NCBI GenBank assembly: GCA_964365675.1
Contig: CAYIQX010000002.1
Location: 1 to 37,530, forward strand
Length of the DNA: 37,530 bases
Reading direction: 5' to 3'
Source: an uncultured Candidatus Saccharibacteria bacterium
Lineage (GTDB): Bacteria > Patescibacteriota > Minisyncoccia > Sungbacterales > SURF-37
In this document: positions 1-9,208 of the stretch, one piece after another
How the letters are laid out: every line of letters starts with the position of its first letter
Position numbering within the stretch: the first letter of the stretch is position 1
Program-made: the position numbers and the translations under genes
Notes under the pieces: generated by a model
Seen by the model: the letters and a program-made list of their open reading frames with translations, nothing else
The model's database searches: none
Told to the model about the DNA's origin: nothing

Positions 1-121
1 TTGCGGGATCTCGGCCTTCATCCTCGGAGACGGGGCGTTTGCCTTTGGCAAAGCGCCTCGCGTCTGGCCCCGAGAGCCGCGAGGTATTCGGCGCGGGCGG
101 TAATAAAGTTACCGGCAATCG

Positions 122-143
122 AAAAGCGGCCCGGAGGGCCGCC
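122..143 (-). terminator. Rho-independent terminator after the M23/LysM peptidase gene
   Basis: On the minus strand, a GCGGCCC-TCC-GGGCCGC hairpin (126-142) is followed by TTTT (125-122). It lies about 35 nt past the stop codon at 179-181. Confidence 0.55.
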
Positions 144-178
144 TATAATTGTTGATTCCTGCTTCTTGCTTCGTGCTT

Positions 179-1360
179 CTAAAGCGGATTCCGTGCTCCC
201 CGTACCTCAAAGTGAACATGGCATCCGGTAGAGTTGCCCGATGAGCCAAGGAGTCCAATGGTCTCGCCTTGGCGCACACTCTGACCCGGAACTGCGACAA
301 TCTCTTTCAAATGCGCATAAAGGGTCTGGGTGTTGTTGGGATGCGAGATGACAATGTAACGCCCGTATCCTCCATTCCAGCCGCTGGAACGAGCCGCCAA
401 GACCTGTCCATCGGCCGAGGCGAGTATGGACTGGCCGCAGGAGTTGGCGAGATCCACACCATTGTATCCATGAATACCTCGCGAACGGCGCCCGCCGATA
501 ACCGGCCGGACGTAGTATCCGTCAAACACGGGTAAGTTCGCGAATGCGCGCGGTGCGGGGAGAGAGGAAGAGATGGGTGCGGCCTCACGAAGCTCACCGT
601 TCGGGATGATGAGCGAGGCGCCGAGGAGGAGGTGCTCGTCCGGCGCCAATCCGTTGAATTTCAAAATATCGTCGATGGCAGCGTTATATTTCTTGGCAAT
701 GGAGGCAATCGTCTCGCCCTTTTTCACCTCATGCTTCACCCCCGATACGGGCAGGATGATGATCTGATCGCCCGTCTTCAAGGAACGCACATTGGCAATG
801 TTGTTGGCCCAAAGAATGGTGTTGACCGATACGTCAAAGGACTTGGCTATGCCGGCAAGCGTATCGCCGGGCCGGATCGTATACAGGAAGATCTGCCCGG
901 CCGGCGTCACATCATTGGCGACCGTCCCCACGGGATTTAATGGCGCTATGAGGGCGTTCTCCTGAATAACGGGGAGGCCGCCTGAGTCGTTCTCGTCATC
1001 CCCTCCGCTCGGGGGACGGTTTTCGGCCCCGAGAGCAGAAGCGGCGGCCGCGGTCCCTGTTCGCGGCACGAATGCCGGCAAGCCGTCCTCCACTTCGGAA
1101 GGAACGGCATTAAAAAAACGCGCCAGCATCGAGAAGAACCCCGCGTGCGAAGATCGAGGCAGGAGGAGTACGCTTAGCGCCAGAAAAGCAGCCAATCCAA
1201 CGGCAAAACCCCCCTTAAAAGTCAAAAGCTTCTCTGGAGAAAGAAGCGTTTTCGATCGATTTAGCTCGATTTTCTGGTCCCTGACCCCTAGCGGGAAAAC
1301 GGCGGACTCTGAAGGGCCAGGCAGGCGTTCGGTATAAATAGCAGGATCTTTCCGGGGCAA
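179..1360 (-). CDS. Secreted or membrane-anchored M23 (LytM-type) metallopeptidase with two LysM domains
   Basis: There is an N-terminal hydrophobic anchor (GGFAVGLAAFLALSVLLLP). Two LysM-like units are present (YTIRPGDTLAGIAKSF...ILP and HEVKKGETIASIAKKY...IIP). The C-terminal M23 signature is GVDLA...GYGRYIVISHPNNTQTLYAHL...GSSGNSTGCHVHFEV. The longest ORF starts at TTG 1360. An in-frame TTG at 1225 (MTFKGGFAV...) would give a more natural signal peptide, so the start is uncertain. Confidence 0.9.
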   Translation of the reverse strand: MPRKDPAIYTERLPGPSESAVFPLGVRDQKIELNRSKTLLSPEKLLTFKGGFAVGLAAFLALSVLLLPRSSHAGFFSMLARFFNAVPSEVEDGLPAFVPRTGTAAAASALGAENRPPSGGDDENDSGGLPVIQENALIAPLNPVGTVANDVTPAGQIFLYTIRPGDTLAGIAKSFDVSVNTILWANNIANVRSLKTGDQIIILPVSGVKHEVKKGETIASIAKKYNAAIDDILKFNGLAPDEHLLLGASLIIPNGELREAAPISSSLPAPRAFANLPVFDGYYVRPVIGGRRSRGIHGYNGVDLANSCGQSILASADGQVLAARSSGWNGGYGRYIVISHPNNTQTLYAHLKEIVAVPGQSVRQGETIGLLGSSGNSTGCHVHFEVRGARNPL

Positions 1361-1452
1361 CAGGACGATATAGGGGCCCAGAAAAGCAAGATATTACGCG
1401 ACTTTTACCGATCTTGGCGGAAAAAGGATATGCCTTTTCCAGCCGTTCCACC

Positions 1453-1481
1453 AGTATATCCTGCCCCGGCCGCCGGGACAA
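1453..1481 (-). promoter_or_regulatory. Candidate sigma-70 promoter for the M23 peptidase gene
   Basis: On the minus strand: TTGTCC (1481-1476), a 17-nt spacer, TATACT (1458-1453). The -35 is imperfect and the call rests on the motif alone. Confidence 0.3.
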
Positions 1482-1598
1482 TCCGCCCTGTACACAGCAC
1501 TCGCTATCGGTCGAGAGCGTTCCACTAGCGCCGGATTGGTGGGGAAGGCCTTTTTTGCTAGGATACGGCCACTCATGCCGGAAAAAAAGGAAAATCCC

Positions 1599-4500
1599 AT
1601 GCTGGCCGGGCTTAATGAACGCCAACAAGAAGCCATTCTTACCATCGAGGGGCCGGTGTTGGTCATTGCCGGACCCGGGTCGGGGAAAACCAGGGCCCTC
1701 ACCCACCGCATCGCGTTTCTTTTGGCTTCCGGAATACCGGCGCGGCGTATTCTCGCGCTCACGTTCACCAATAAGGCCGCAGAAGAGATGCGCGAACGAG
1801 TTGGGAAGCTCCTCCGGAACCATCCTTCGTCTTTGCCGTTCACCCCGTCAGCGGCCTCGCTGCTAACGGGGTTCATCGGCACATTCCATAGTTTTGCCGC
1901 CTTCCTCCTCCGTCACGAAGCCGCCAAGATCGGCTATCGCCGCGAGTTCACTATTTACGACGAGGATGACCGCATGGCGCTCCTTAAGGAACTCATGAAA
2001 GAGCTTTCCATACCCAAACACATCTCGGCCACGGCCGCGGCCGCGGTAATTTCCGACCTGAAGTCCGGCCTCATCGCTCCGGACGAATACGAAGGCCGGA
2101 ATGCCGCCGATCCCTTCGGCCGGGCTGTCGCGAAAATTTACGAAACATACCAAGAGCGCCTGCGTTTTTCCAATGCAATGGATTTTGACGATCTCATTTT
2201 CCATGCCGTCCGGCTCCTCCGCGACCAGCCCGCGGTCCGCGAACGGTGGCAGAAACGCTTCTCCCACATCCATGTGGACGAATATCAGGATACCTCTTTG
2301 AGCCAGTACGAGTTCGTCCGTCTGCTGGCTAGAGAGCATAGGAACCTTTTTGCCATCGGGGACGATGCGCAATGCCTCCCCCCCGGAACATTGATCCATA
2401 CTCCAAACGGCAAGAAGCCGATTGAACGCATTACCGTCGGCGATCAGGTGATTTCAGCTGCCGGCTTCGGGAAAGCCATGATCTCAAGGGTTACCCGGGT
2501 TCACCGCCGTGAAGGTAGCGAGCCGCTCATCCACGTCACGACCAGAACAAACAAGCGGCTAACTCTTACCACCGGCCACATGGTGTTCGCAAAGCTCACC
2601 GTTGATCCAAACCTCTACTACATCTATCTCATGGAGCGGATCGATAAGGGGTTTCGTATCGGACACACCCGGGGAGTGCGTGGGGGCACCAGAAATGGAA
2701 TGCGGGTACTGGTGAACGGGTTGCAGATCCGAGCGAACCAGGAGGCGGCTGACAAAATATGGATTCTCAAAGCCGTACGCACCAGAGAAGAAGCCGTCCT
2801 GCACGAACAGCTCTTTGCGTTCAAGTACGGCGTACCGACTACAGTTTTTTACGACAAGGGGCGGAACATTTCCCTTAGCCAAAAATCAATCAATCTCCTT
2901 TTCTCGGCTATTGACAGCCGGGCAGGCGCTCGGCAGATTTTTAAGGATCTCCGACTCTCCCCGGGACATCCCCACCACCGACCGAAGGGCGTAACACGCG
3001 CCGTAGCGCATGCGCCAATTCGGCACCGAGCGGTCATAGATGTCTGCTACTTCGGCGGGAGCCAACCCTCAGAGCGATACCCGTGGCATGATCACCGAAT
3101 TTCTCTCGTTAGTGCATCACCTGCCCTTGAGGAGCGACTGCGGGGTCTTGGCCAGTGGTCCATTCGGGAAGCAAAGGCGGGAAGTAAATCATGGCGCATC
3201 GAAACCGCACGGAAAGATTACCACGAATGCCGCGAGTTCGTCCGGACGCTCGCCGCCACCGGCAACCTCGAAATACACGAGAAGGCCCGTCTCACCGCGG
3301 ACGAGGGTAACTTTGACCTTATGCCTGCATCCAACCTCCAGCCCGGCATGGTGATTCCCATTCTCTCCGAAAAGGGAATCCAGCAAGAATTAATCGAGAC
3401 GATTGAAGAAAAACCATACACCGGGCCGCTCTACGATCTTTCCGTCGAGAACACCCACAACTACGCGGCGAACGGCATCATCGCGCATAACTCCATTTAT
3501 TCCTGGCGCCAAGCCGACTATCGCAACATTTTGAACTTTGAGCGCGACTGGCCGGAAGCCAAAGTCATTCTCCTCGAAGAAAATTACCGTTCCACCCCGG
3601 AGATCCTGCATGCGGCCAACACCCTCATCGCCAAAAATCAGGATCAAAAACCGAAATCCCTATGGACAAAAAATCCCTCGGGCGGGCGACCCGAAGTGCG
3701 CGCGCATGAACATGAACGGGCCGAGGCCGGATTCATCGCCGGTGAAATTTTTTCGCTCCGCCGGCAAGGGTATGCGTGGCGCGAGTGCGCGGTGCTCTAC
3801 CGCACCAACGCGCAATCCCGCGCCATCGAAGAGGCGCTCATTGAGTACGGCATCCCCTATACCATCATCGGCGGCATCCGCTTTTTCGCGCGGCGCGAGG
3901 TAAAAGACCTCGTCGCCTATCTCCGCTACCTGACCAATCCTGACGATACGCTCGCGTTGAAGCGCATCATTAATGTTCCGACGCGCGGCATCGGGCCGAA
4001 AACCTTTCTAAAATATCTTTCAAAGGAAACACGAGGCCTGCTGATAAAGGACCGGCGAAGCATTGCCGCGTTTGACACGGCCATCACGCGGCTTGGCGGG
4101 GCCTTGGGAGAAAAAACTCTGGCCGAATTCCTCCGGTTTCTCATCAAAACCATCCGCTACGAAGAATACCTGGCCGACAGCCGCGACGGCGAATCGCGCA
4201 TTGAGAACATACGAGAGCTCGTATCGGTAGCGCGGAAATACGACGCGCTCCCGACTCGGGAGGCCATCGTGCGGCTCCTGGAAGAAGTGGCGCTCCTTTC
4301 GGCCGATGATGAGGTGAAGACCGGGGATGAGCGCGTGCGCCTCATGACGCTCCACGCCGCCAAGGGCCTTGAGTTCTCCGCCGTATTCATGACCGGCCTC
4401 GAAGAGGGACTGTTGCCGCATGCCAAATCCATTACCGGGAGCCGGGCCGAGCTTGAAGAGGAGCGACGCCTGGCCTATGTCGGCATGACGCGCGCCAAGG

Positions 4501-4652
4501 AGCGACTGTATCTGACCTGGGCCATCACCCGTACGCTTTTCGGCGAGCGCGAGGTCAACATGCCGTCGCGGTTCTTACGAGAACTGCCCTCCGAGATGGT
4601 TGAAGGGAATTTCAACCCAGACGAGGAATTGATCATCGTTGATGAGTCATGA
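1599..4652 (+). CDS. uvrD: UvrD/PcrA-family SF1 DNA helicase, interrupted by an intein
   Basis: Motifs seen: Walker A AGPGSGKT, DEYQDT, motif III GDDAQ/SIYSWRQA split by the insert, YRSTPEIL, LYRTNAQSR, MTLHAAKGLEF and YVGMTRAKERLYL. The ORF opens at TTG 1536. ATG 1599 (MLAGLNERQQEAI) is preceded by AAAGGA and matches the usual UvrD N-terminus; ATG 1575 is an alternative start. Confidence 0.93.
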   Translation: MLAGLNERQQEAILTIEGPVLVIAGPGSGKTRALTHRIAFLLASGIPARRILALTFTNKAAEEMRERVGKLLRNHPSSLPFTPSAASLLTGFIGTFHSFAAFLLRHEAAKIGYRREFTIYDEDDRMALLKELMKELSIPKHISATAAAAVISDLKSGLIAPDEYEGRNAADPFGRAVAKIYETYQERLRFSNAMDFDDLIFHAVRLLRDQPAVRERWQKRFSHIHVDEYQDTSLSQYEFVRLLAREHRNLFAIGDDAQCLPPGTLIHTPNGKKPIERITVGDQVISAAGFGKAMISRVTRVHRREGSEPLIHVTTRTNKRLTLTTGHMVFAKLTVDPNLYYIYLMERIDKGFRIGHTRGVRGGTRNGMRVLVNGLQIRANQEAADKIWILKAVRTREEAVLHEQLFAFKYGVPTTVFYDKGRNISLSQKSINLLFSAIDSRAGARQIFKDLRLSPGHPHHRPKGVTRAVAHAPIRHRAVIDVCYFGGSQPSERYPWHDHRISLVSASPALEERLRGLGQWSIREAKAGSKSWRIETARKDYHECREFVRTLAATGNLEIHEKARLTADEGNFDLMPASNLQPGMVIPILSEKGIQQELIETIEEKPYTGPLYDLSVENTHNYAANGIIAHNSIYSWRQADYRNILNFERDWPEAKVILLEENYRSTPEILHAANTLIAKNQDQKPKSLWTKNPSGGRPEVRAHEHERAEAGFIAGEIFSLRRQGYAWRECAVLYRTNAQSRAIEEALIEYGIPYTIIGGIRFFARREVKDLVAYLRYLTNPDDTLALKRIINVPTRGIGPKTFLKYLSKETRGLLIKDRRSIAAFDTAITRLGGALGEKTLAEFLRFLIKTIRYEEYLADSRDGESRIENIRELVSVARKYDALPTREAIVRLLEEVALLSADDEVKTGDERVRLMTLHAAKGLEFSAVFMTGLEEGLLPHAKSITGSRAELEEERRLAYVGMTRAKERLYLTWAITRTLFGEREVNMPSRFLRELPSEMVEGNFNPDEELIIVDES
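2373..3491 (+). mobile_element. Intein (373 aa) inserted in helicase motif III of UvrD
   Basis: The insert starts with Cys (CLPPGTLIHTPNG, block A). Block B is TLTTGHMVF. It ends ...NGIIAHN, followed by the +1 Ser. Removing 2373-3491 restores GDDAQ-SIYSWRQA in frame. A central region of roughly 230 aa lies between the splicing blocks. Confidence 0.9.
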
Positions 4653-5467
4653 TTCACGATTCACGGAAACGTCTGGGCCAGCACTTCCTTGTCTCACCGG
4701 ACGTGCTGAAAAAAATAATTGCCGCAGCCGAGCTTTCCCCAAATGATACGGTACTCGAGATTGGACCGGGCGCCGGAGCGCTCACCCGCGCGCTGGCGCG
4801 CCATGCCGGCCAGGTCATCGCCGTAGAAAAAGACGAGCGCCTTTGCCGCGAGCTTGAGGCAGAGTTTGGACGCGAACGCATTTCCAATGTCCGGCTGGCT
4901 TGCGGTGATATTTTGAAAATCCCATTGGCCGATCTCGGCTTGCCCCGAAGTTACCGGGTCATCGCCAATATTCCTTACTATCTGACAAGTCGCCTGATCC
5001 GCCGGCTCCTGGAAGGCGAGCGGCTACCGAGCGACGCGTTCCTCATGGTGCAAAAAGAGGTCGCGCTTCGTATTACAGCAAGACCTCCGGACATGAATCT
5101 CCTCGGCTTGTCAATTCAGATATATGGCGCGCCCGAAATTCTTTTTTTCGTTTCGAGAAGCGCTTTCTCACCCCCGCCCGAAGTGGAATCGGCCTTCATC
5201 GCCATCCGGGATATCCGCCCCCTTGAGAGCCGCCACAACGCCCCAGCCGGAGTACTTTTCCGCATTGCCCGGGCGGCATTCCAGGGGAAGCGAAAAACCA
5301 TCGAAAATTCCTTAAGCCACAACCTGAAGATTCCCAAAGCCCTACTGGCGGAAACCATTTCTTGGCGCTATTTGCTTAAAAAAAGGCCGGAAGAGCTGGA
5401 AATAAGGGAGTGGGAGCTGATAAGCCGCAGTCTCATGGCTTATTTTCCAGAGAGCATCTCCGATTAA
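4649..5467 (+). CDS. rsmA: 16S rRNA (adenine1518/1519-N6)-dimethyltransferase RsmA/KsgA
   Basis: LGQHFLVSPDVLKKI...VLEIGPGAGALTRAL (SAM-binding motif) and ANIPYYLTS are present. The ATGA start/stop overlaps uvrD. Confidence 0.93.
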   Translation: MIHDSRKRLGQHFLVSPDVLKKIIAAAELSPNDTVLEIGPGAGALTRALARHAGQVIAVEKDERLCRELEAEFGRERISNVRLACGDILKIPLADLGLPRSYRVIANIPYYLTSRLIRRLLEGERLPSDAFLMVQKEVALRITARPPDMNLLGLSIQIYGAPEILFFVSRSAFSPPPEVESAFIAIRDIRPLESRHNAPAGVLFRIARAAFQGKRKTIENSLSHNLKIPKALLAETISWRYLLKKRPEELEIREWELISRSLMAYFPESISD

Positions 5468-5540
5468 GCCCCGCGGCAGTAAAAAGGCGTGAAACAGTAT
5501 CCAGTTATTAACAGTATTTTCGCAGGTTTTCCCGCGTGAA

Positions 5541-5549
5541 TGCTACACT
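5541..5549 (+). promoter_or_regulatory. Candidate extended -10 promoter (TGcTACACT) in front of the T4SS-like operon
   Basis: TGC+TACACT lies at 5541-5549. The ATG at 5556 is 7 nt past the -10, which would make the first gene leaderless. No Shine-Dalgarno is visible. This is a motif-only call. Confidence 0.25.
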
Positions 5550-5555
5550 TACGCC

Positions 5556-6560
5556 ATGGGCATACTGGCCCAGGGCGTTTTTGCCTTGAGACGCAAGAAA
5601 AAAATCCTTGTCGCGGTTTTAGTATTGCTCGGCACGGCGGGCGTGCTGATTTTACTGTCCCAGAAATACCGTCCCGCGACCGTCCCCTCAGCGCTCCGGA
5701 CCAAAGACCCGGCCTTGGCCCATAAGATCGCGGCCGAGGCGGCGAAAGACAGTGACCAAGACGGTCTCAAAGATTGGGAGGAAGCGATCTGGCAGACCAA
5801 CATGCACAAAGCCGACAGCGATGGCGATGGCACGCCGGATGGCGAGGAAGTCGCCCAAAACCGTGACCCGCGCCTCGCCGGTCCGAACGATACACATACG
5901 GCCTCCCCTGAAACCGGTGGTATAGAAACGGATAAACCTACGCCGGAAAACTTGACCGCGCAGGTGGGGGCGCGGATCGCAACTGATGTTCTCTCGAACA
6001 TCAACCAAGGAGGCGTTGGATCCGAAGAACTGATAAATGAATACGCCGGAGATCTTGCGGCGGTGCAGGTGCTTGATGGCGCAGAGGTTTTTTCAGCACG
6101 CGCTCTTGCGCCCGCGAAGGACAACGATCTTCTCACTACCGTAAAATTTCTCTCTGCAATCGAGGAGGTATGGCAGAAATATTTCAAAGCCGGCCAGCCC
6201 TCCGACCTTGAGGTATTTTTCAACGCGTTCGAGAACGGCGACGGCTCAACCGCTCCGGCGGAACTTGAGCACTATATCACCGGTTATGGCGAGGCCATCC
6301 GCGTCATCCGGACAACGCCGGTCCCGAAGGACCTTCAAAAAACCGCTCTTGAGTTCCTGAACTATCTTTCCCGCATCCGCCGCTCGGCCGAGCTCATGAA
6401 AAACTTTCAGTCCGACCCCCTCTCGGCCATGCTCGCGGTCCGCGAGCGCCTGGCGCTGAATCAGGAGTTCGGTGATTTCATTCAACGGACGATAGCGGAA
6501 GCGGAAAAAATTATCAGCAAAGGGGTTTCCGAATTACAACCACAGTCCGCGAAAAAATGA
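5556..6560 (+). CDS. Membrane-anchored protein with thrombospondin-type-3-like Ca-binding repeats (T4SS-like operon gene 1)
   Basis: There is an N-terminal TM (ILVAVLVLLGTAGVLILL). Repeats DSDQDGLKDWEE and DSDGDGTPDGEE are present. The rest is helical with no family I recognise. Confidence 0.7.
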   Translation: MGILAQGVFALRRKKKILVAVLVLLGTAGVLILLSQKYRPATVPSALRTKDPALAHKIAAEAAKDSDQDGLKDWEEAIWQTNMHKADSDGDGTPDGEEVAQNRDPRLAGPNDTHTASPETGGIETDKPTPENLTAQVGARIATDVLSNINQGGVGSEELINEYAGDLAAVQVLDGAEVFSARALAPAKDNDLLTTVKFLSAIEEVWQKYFKAGQPSDLEVFFNAFENGDGSTAPAELEHYITGYGEAIRVIRTTPVPKDLQKTALEFLNYLSRIRRSAELMKNFQSDPLSAMLAVRERLALNQEFGDFIQRTIAEAEKIISKGVSELQPQSAKK

Positions 6561-6561
6561 C

Positions 6562-7590
6562 ATGAAATGGCTTCCCAAAACCATTCTTCATCAAGCGGTA
6601 GTTATCCTACTCTCCTTTGCAATTATTGGACCGGTTGCAATACCGTTCTTACCGCTTATAGCGCGCGCCGAAAGCGAGTTCGATGCGGAGCAAGAAGCGG
6701 AACTCGATCCTTCACTGGTCGAAGAGCCCGAAGAAGAAGGCGACATAACCAAAAAGCCGAATCCTATAGGCTGTTTAAGCAATCTGGCGGCCGCTGCGGC
6801 TACTGCAGGCGGCTGGTTCACGGGTGGACTTGCGGTACTAGATCTCACCAACCTTGCCTCCACCATCTATGGCTGTGTCCAAACAGCGCTGGGAGCAGTA
6901 TCCGGCACTGTTACCTCCGGCGGCGTCGGCTACCTGGTCTCAAAGTCAAAAGCCGATGCGATTGCAACTACGCTTCTGAAAACCACCATCAACGTCGTGC
7001 GGGACATGATCATCCGCTGGATCCTGACGGGACGATTCGAGGGGCCGGTATTTTCTGCAAGCTTCGCCATTGATGTCCGCCGCGCCGCCGAAAACGCTTC
7101 CCGAGCTATTTTGCAGGAAGTAACCTCACTCCCTATTTGTGCGGGCCTGCCCTCTCCGCCGCCCCAGGCATTCTTCAACGTGCGGCTGAGGGATCTCTCC
7201 TGTTCGTTCAACGACCTGGAGCGATTTCGGAAAGGCGAAATCTTCGATTACGACCTTCTCGCGCTCAGCGAGGCGGAAGAAAACGATTATTGGAACCGGA
7301 CCATGTTCATTCTTGATCAAAAACTTATCGCCGAAGCGGCGGCCCGGGAATCATTCACTGAAGATTACCGTGCCGGCCGGGGATTCCTTTGCATACGGGA
7401 CGAGAAGGGCAGGTGCACCACTCCGGGCAGTGCCGTGGGAGAACTGGTAATGGACCAGGTCATTCGCGGCCCGCGAGAAGAGGGAACGGTGGCTCAAACC
7501 ACCCAGCAGGCCATTGGCGCCATCATTGATACGGCCATCCGCGTGGTCATTGAAAAGGGACTGGGCGGCGTATTTGGACCAAGTAGATGA
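6562..7590 (+). CDS. Cys-containing secreted or membrane protein, function unknown (operon gene 2)
   Basis: There is an N-terminal TM/signal, then an acidic stretch and a Gly/Ala-rich segment. Six Cys residues are present. The gap to the upstream gene is 1 nt, and an ATGA overlap links it to the downstream gene. Confidence 0.7.
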   Translation: MKWLPKTILHQAVVILLSFAIIGPVAIPFLPLIARAESEFDAEQEAELDPSLVEEPEEEGDITKKPNPIGCLSNLAAAAATAGGWFTGGLAVLDLTNLASTIYGCVQTALGAVSGTVTSGGVGYLVSKSKADAIATTLLKTTINVVRDMIIRWILTGRFEGPVFSASFAIDVRRAAENASRAILQEVTSLPICAGLPSPPPQAFFNVRLRDLSCSFNDLERFRKGEIFDYDLLALSEAEENDYWNRTMFILDQKLIAEAAARESFTEDYRAGRGFLCIRDEKGRCTTPGSAVGELVMDQVIRGPREEGTVAQTTQQAIGAIIDTAIRVVIEKGLGGVFGPSR

Positions 7591-9194
7591 TCCATTTATC
7601 CAAAACTAGGAAATTTGCCATGGCTGCTCCCCTGTTCTTCGTGGGGGCGTTGATAATTCTGCTGACCGCTCTACCTCAGGTTGGCCAAGCACTCACCGCA
7701 GAAGAAATTGAACAACTTGATCGGGCGGCAAGCACAGCTGATGAGCGCACACCCGAACAAAGGGCTGCGGCAAAAGAGGTCCTGGACGCCACTACCAAGA
7801 CCGGAGGAACAAGCAGTGAGAAAACCGCTGGCTGTGGTTGGCTGTCGGGCCCTGGCTGCTTTTTCACTAATTTTTTGGATCTCATCTCGGATATTGGAAT
7901 CCAATTCCTCGTGCGCCTCGCCGGATTCTTTTTCGACTACTCGATGCAGTATGCCCTGACCGACATCCGGGAAACGGAATTTGTCTCGCTTGGTTTCAGG
8001 ATCACGCTTGGCGTCGCCAACATGTTCTTCGTGCTCATCCTCCTTTGGATCGCCATCGCCACCATCTTCGATTTTGAGCCCTACACGGCGCGCTCCCTTC
8101 TGCTCAAGCTCATCATGGCGGCCCTCTTCATCAACTTCAGCCTGCCCATAGGCGCGGCATTCATTAATCTTGGCAATGGAGTTGCACGGGTTTTCTATGA
8201 ACGCTGTTGTCCCGACGGCAAAGCGGCCAAAAAATTCATCCAAATATCGAAATTCCAGATTCTCAAGGACACTACCCCTGGGCTTGGTGCCGGAGCAGAA
8301 CTCTTAAAACTTGAAGAACCGCAAAGCATCCCCGCCACTTTCCGAGGATCCATTTCCTCGGCGTTATGGAAAATCATCCTCTCGCCCTTCCTTATTTTCG
8401 TCCTTTTTGCCGGCGCCATCTTCGTATTTCTCCGCCAAATACACCTCGCCTTTCTCTTGGTGCTCGGCCCCCTTGCTTTTCTTTCCATGATCCTGCCGGC
8501 TACGCAGCGCTTCTATACCGGCTGGTGGGAGCGCCTCATAAAGTGGTCTTTCTTTTTGCCGGCTTTTACATTTTTCCTTTTCCTTGCGCTGGAAACCGGA
8601 GGAAATCTCCTCACGGTTTCCTACCGCTCGCCGGGGGCCGACAAGGGCATCCCGTTCTTCTTCCAATACTTCATGGTGTTAGCGCTCCTCCTGGGCTCAT
8701 TAACCGCTGCAAACCAGATGTCGTTCCACGGCGCCGCAACCGTGTTGGGCTGGGGAAAAAGCATGGCCAAGGGGACTCGCGGGTGGGCGAAGCGGAAGGG
8801 GTGGAAATACGCCGCCGGCTTGGTTACCGGTCCTGCAGTAGCGAAGGTTCCGGGTGGACGCTACTTAATGCGCCTCCCGGGGATACGCCAGGCGATGGTC
8901 GCAACGACCCAAAAAGGACGCGGTATCGCAAAGAAAGAGATGGAATTTTACTCGAAACTCGGCGACAGCGATCTTATCCCGACCTTACAGGGCATGCGTG
9001 GCGGGCTTGCCAAACAGGTGCTCCAATCGCTCCCGGGAAAACGGTATCACAGCGCCAAGGCAGAACATAAGCCAAGATATGAAGAACTTTACAAAAAATT
9101 TGGCATGGACCTCCCGAAGAAGAAAACAACTGAAGAACGGCTCGATGATGCGGAAGGAGACATTGAGGGTATTAAAAGCGAAGCGCCATCTTAA
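7587..9194 (+). CDS. Polytopic membrane protein, VirB6/TrbL-like
   Basis: A signal/TM is followed by at least 6 hydrophobic helices (e.g. VANMFFVLILLWIAIATIF, LIMAALFINFSLPIGAAFI, ILSPFLIFVLFAGAIFVFL) and a Lys-rich cytoplasmic tail. The gene sits next to PrgI and VirB4 genes. The family call comes from topology and context, not from a conserved motif. Confidence 0.55.
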   Translation: MIHLSKTRKFAMAAPLFFVGALIILLTALPQVGQALTAEEIEQLDRAASTADERTPEQRAAAKEVLDATTKTGGTSSEKTAGCGWLSGPGCFFTNFLDLISDIGIQFLVRLAGFFFDYSMQYALTDIRETEFVSLGFRITLGVANMFFVLILLWIAIATIFDFEPYTARSLLLKLIMAALFINFSLPIGAAFINLGNGVARVFYERCCPDGKAAKKFIQISKFQILKDTTPGLGAGAELLKLEEPQSIPATFRGSISSALWKIILSPFLIFVLFAGAIFVFLRQIHLAFLLVLGPLAFLSMILPATQRFYTGWWERLIKWSFFLPAFTFFLFLALETGGNLLTVSYRSPGADKGIPFFFQYFMVLALLLGSLTAANQMSFHGAATVLGWGKSMAKGTRGWAKRKGWKYAAGLVTGPAVAKVPGGRYLMRLPGIRQAMVATTQKGRGIAKKEMEFYSKLGDSDLIPTLQGMRGGLAKQVLQSLPGKRYHSAKAEHKPRYEELYKKFGMDLPKKKTTEERLDDAEGDIEGIKSEAPS

Positions 9195-9208
9195 GCTTAT
9201 CTTTCGCA

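Noticed and set aside
1-231. 76-aa plus-strand ORF at the window start. I also considered a possible 3' end of an upstream plus-strand gene in frame 2, ending at TAA 103-105.
   Set aside because: The listed ORF starts at TTG at the window edge and runs through the M23 terminator hairpin into the 3' end of the M23 gene. Its composition is Arg/Pro-rich, like a shadow ORF. The frame-2 fragment (…ISAFILGDGAFAFGK…) has coding-like third positions, but it is too short to identify or support.
1361-1598. Possible cyclic-di-AMP (ydaO-type) riboswitch upstream of the cell-wall hydrolase gene.
   Set aside because: I read the minus-strand leader and found none of the ydaO signature segments (GGGGACCCA, ACCCGAACCCG and so on). 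Only a simple GGAAAAGG/CCTTTTTCC hairpin is present.
1215-1882. Minus-strand ORFs of 202 and 162 aa across the M23/uvrD divergent region.
   Set aside because: They overlap the 5' end of uvrD in antisense and the intergenic promoter region. They have no motifs, and their Arg/Ser/Pro-rich composition is typical of GC-rich shadow frames.
5549-6223. 224-aa minus-strand ORF.
   Set aside because: It is antisense to the TSP3-repeat gene, which has a TM, repeats and operon coupling. It has no start context.
8366-9070. 234-aa plus-strand ORF inside the VirB6/TrbL-like gene.
   Set aside because: It is an alternative frame of a gene whose own frame encodes clean TM helices. The product is Arg/Pro/Gly-rich shadow sequence.
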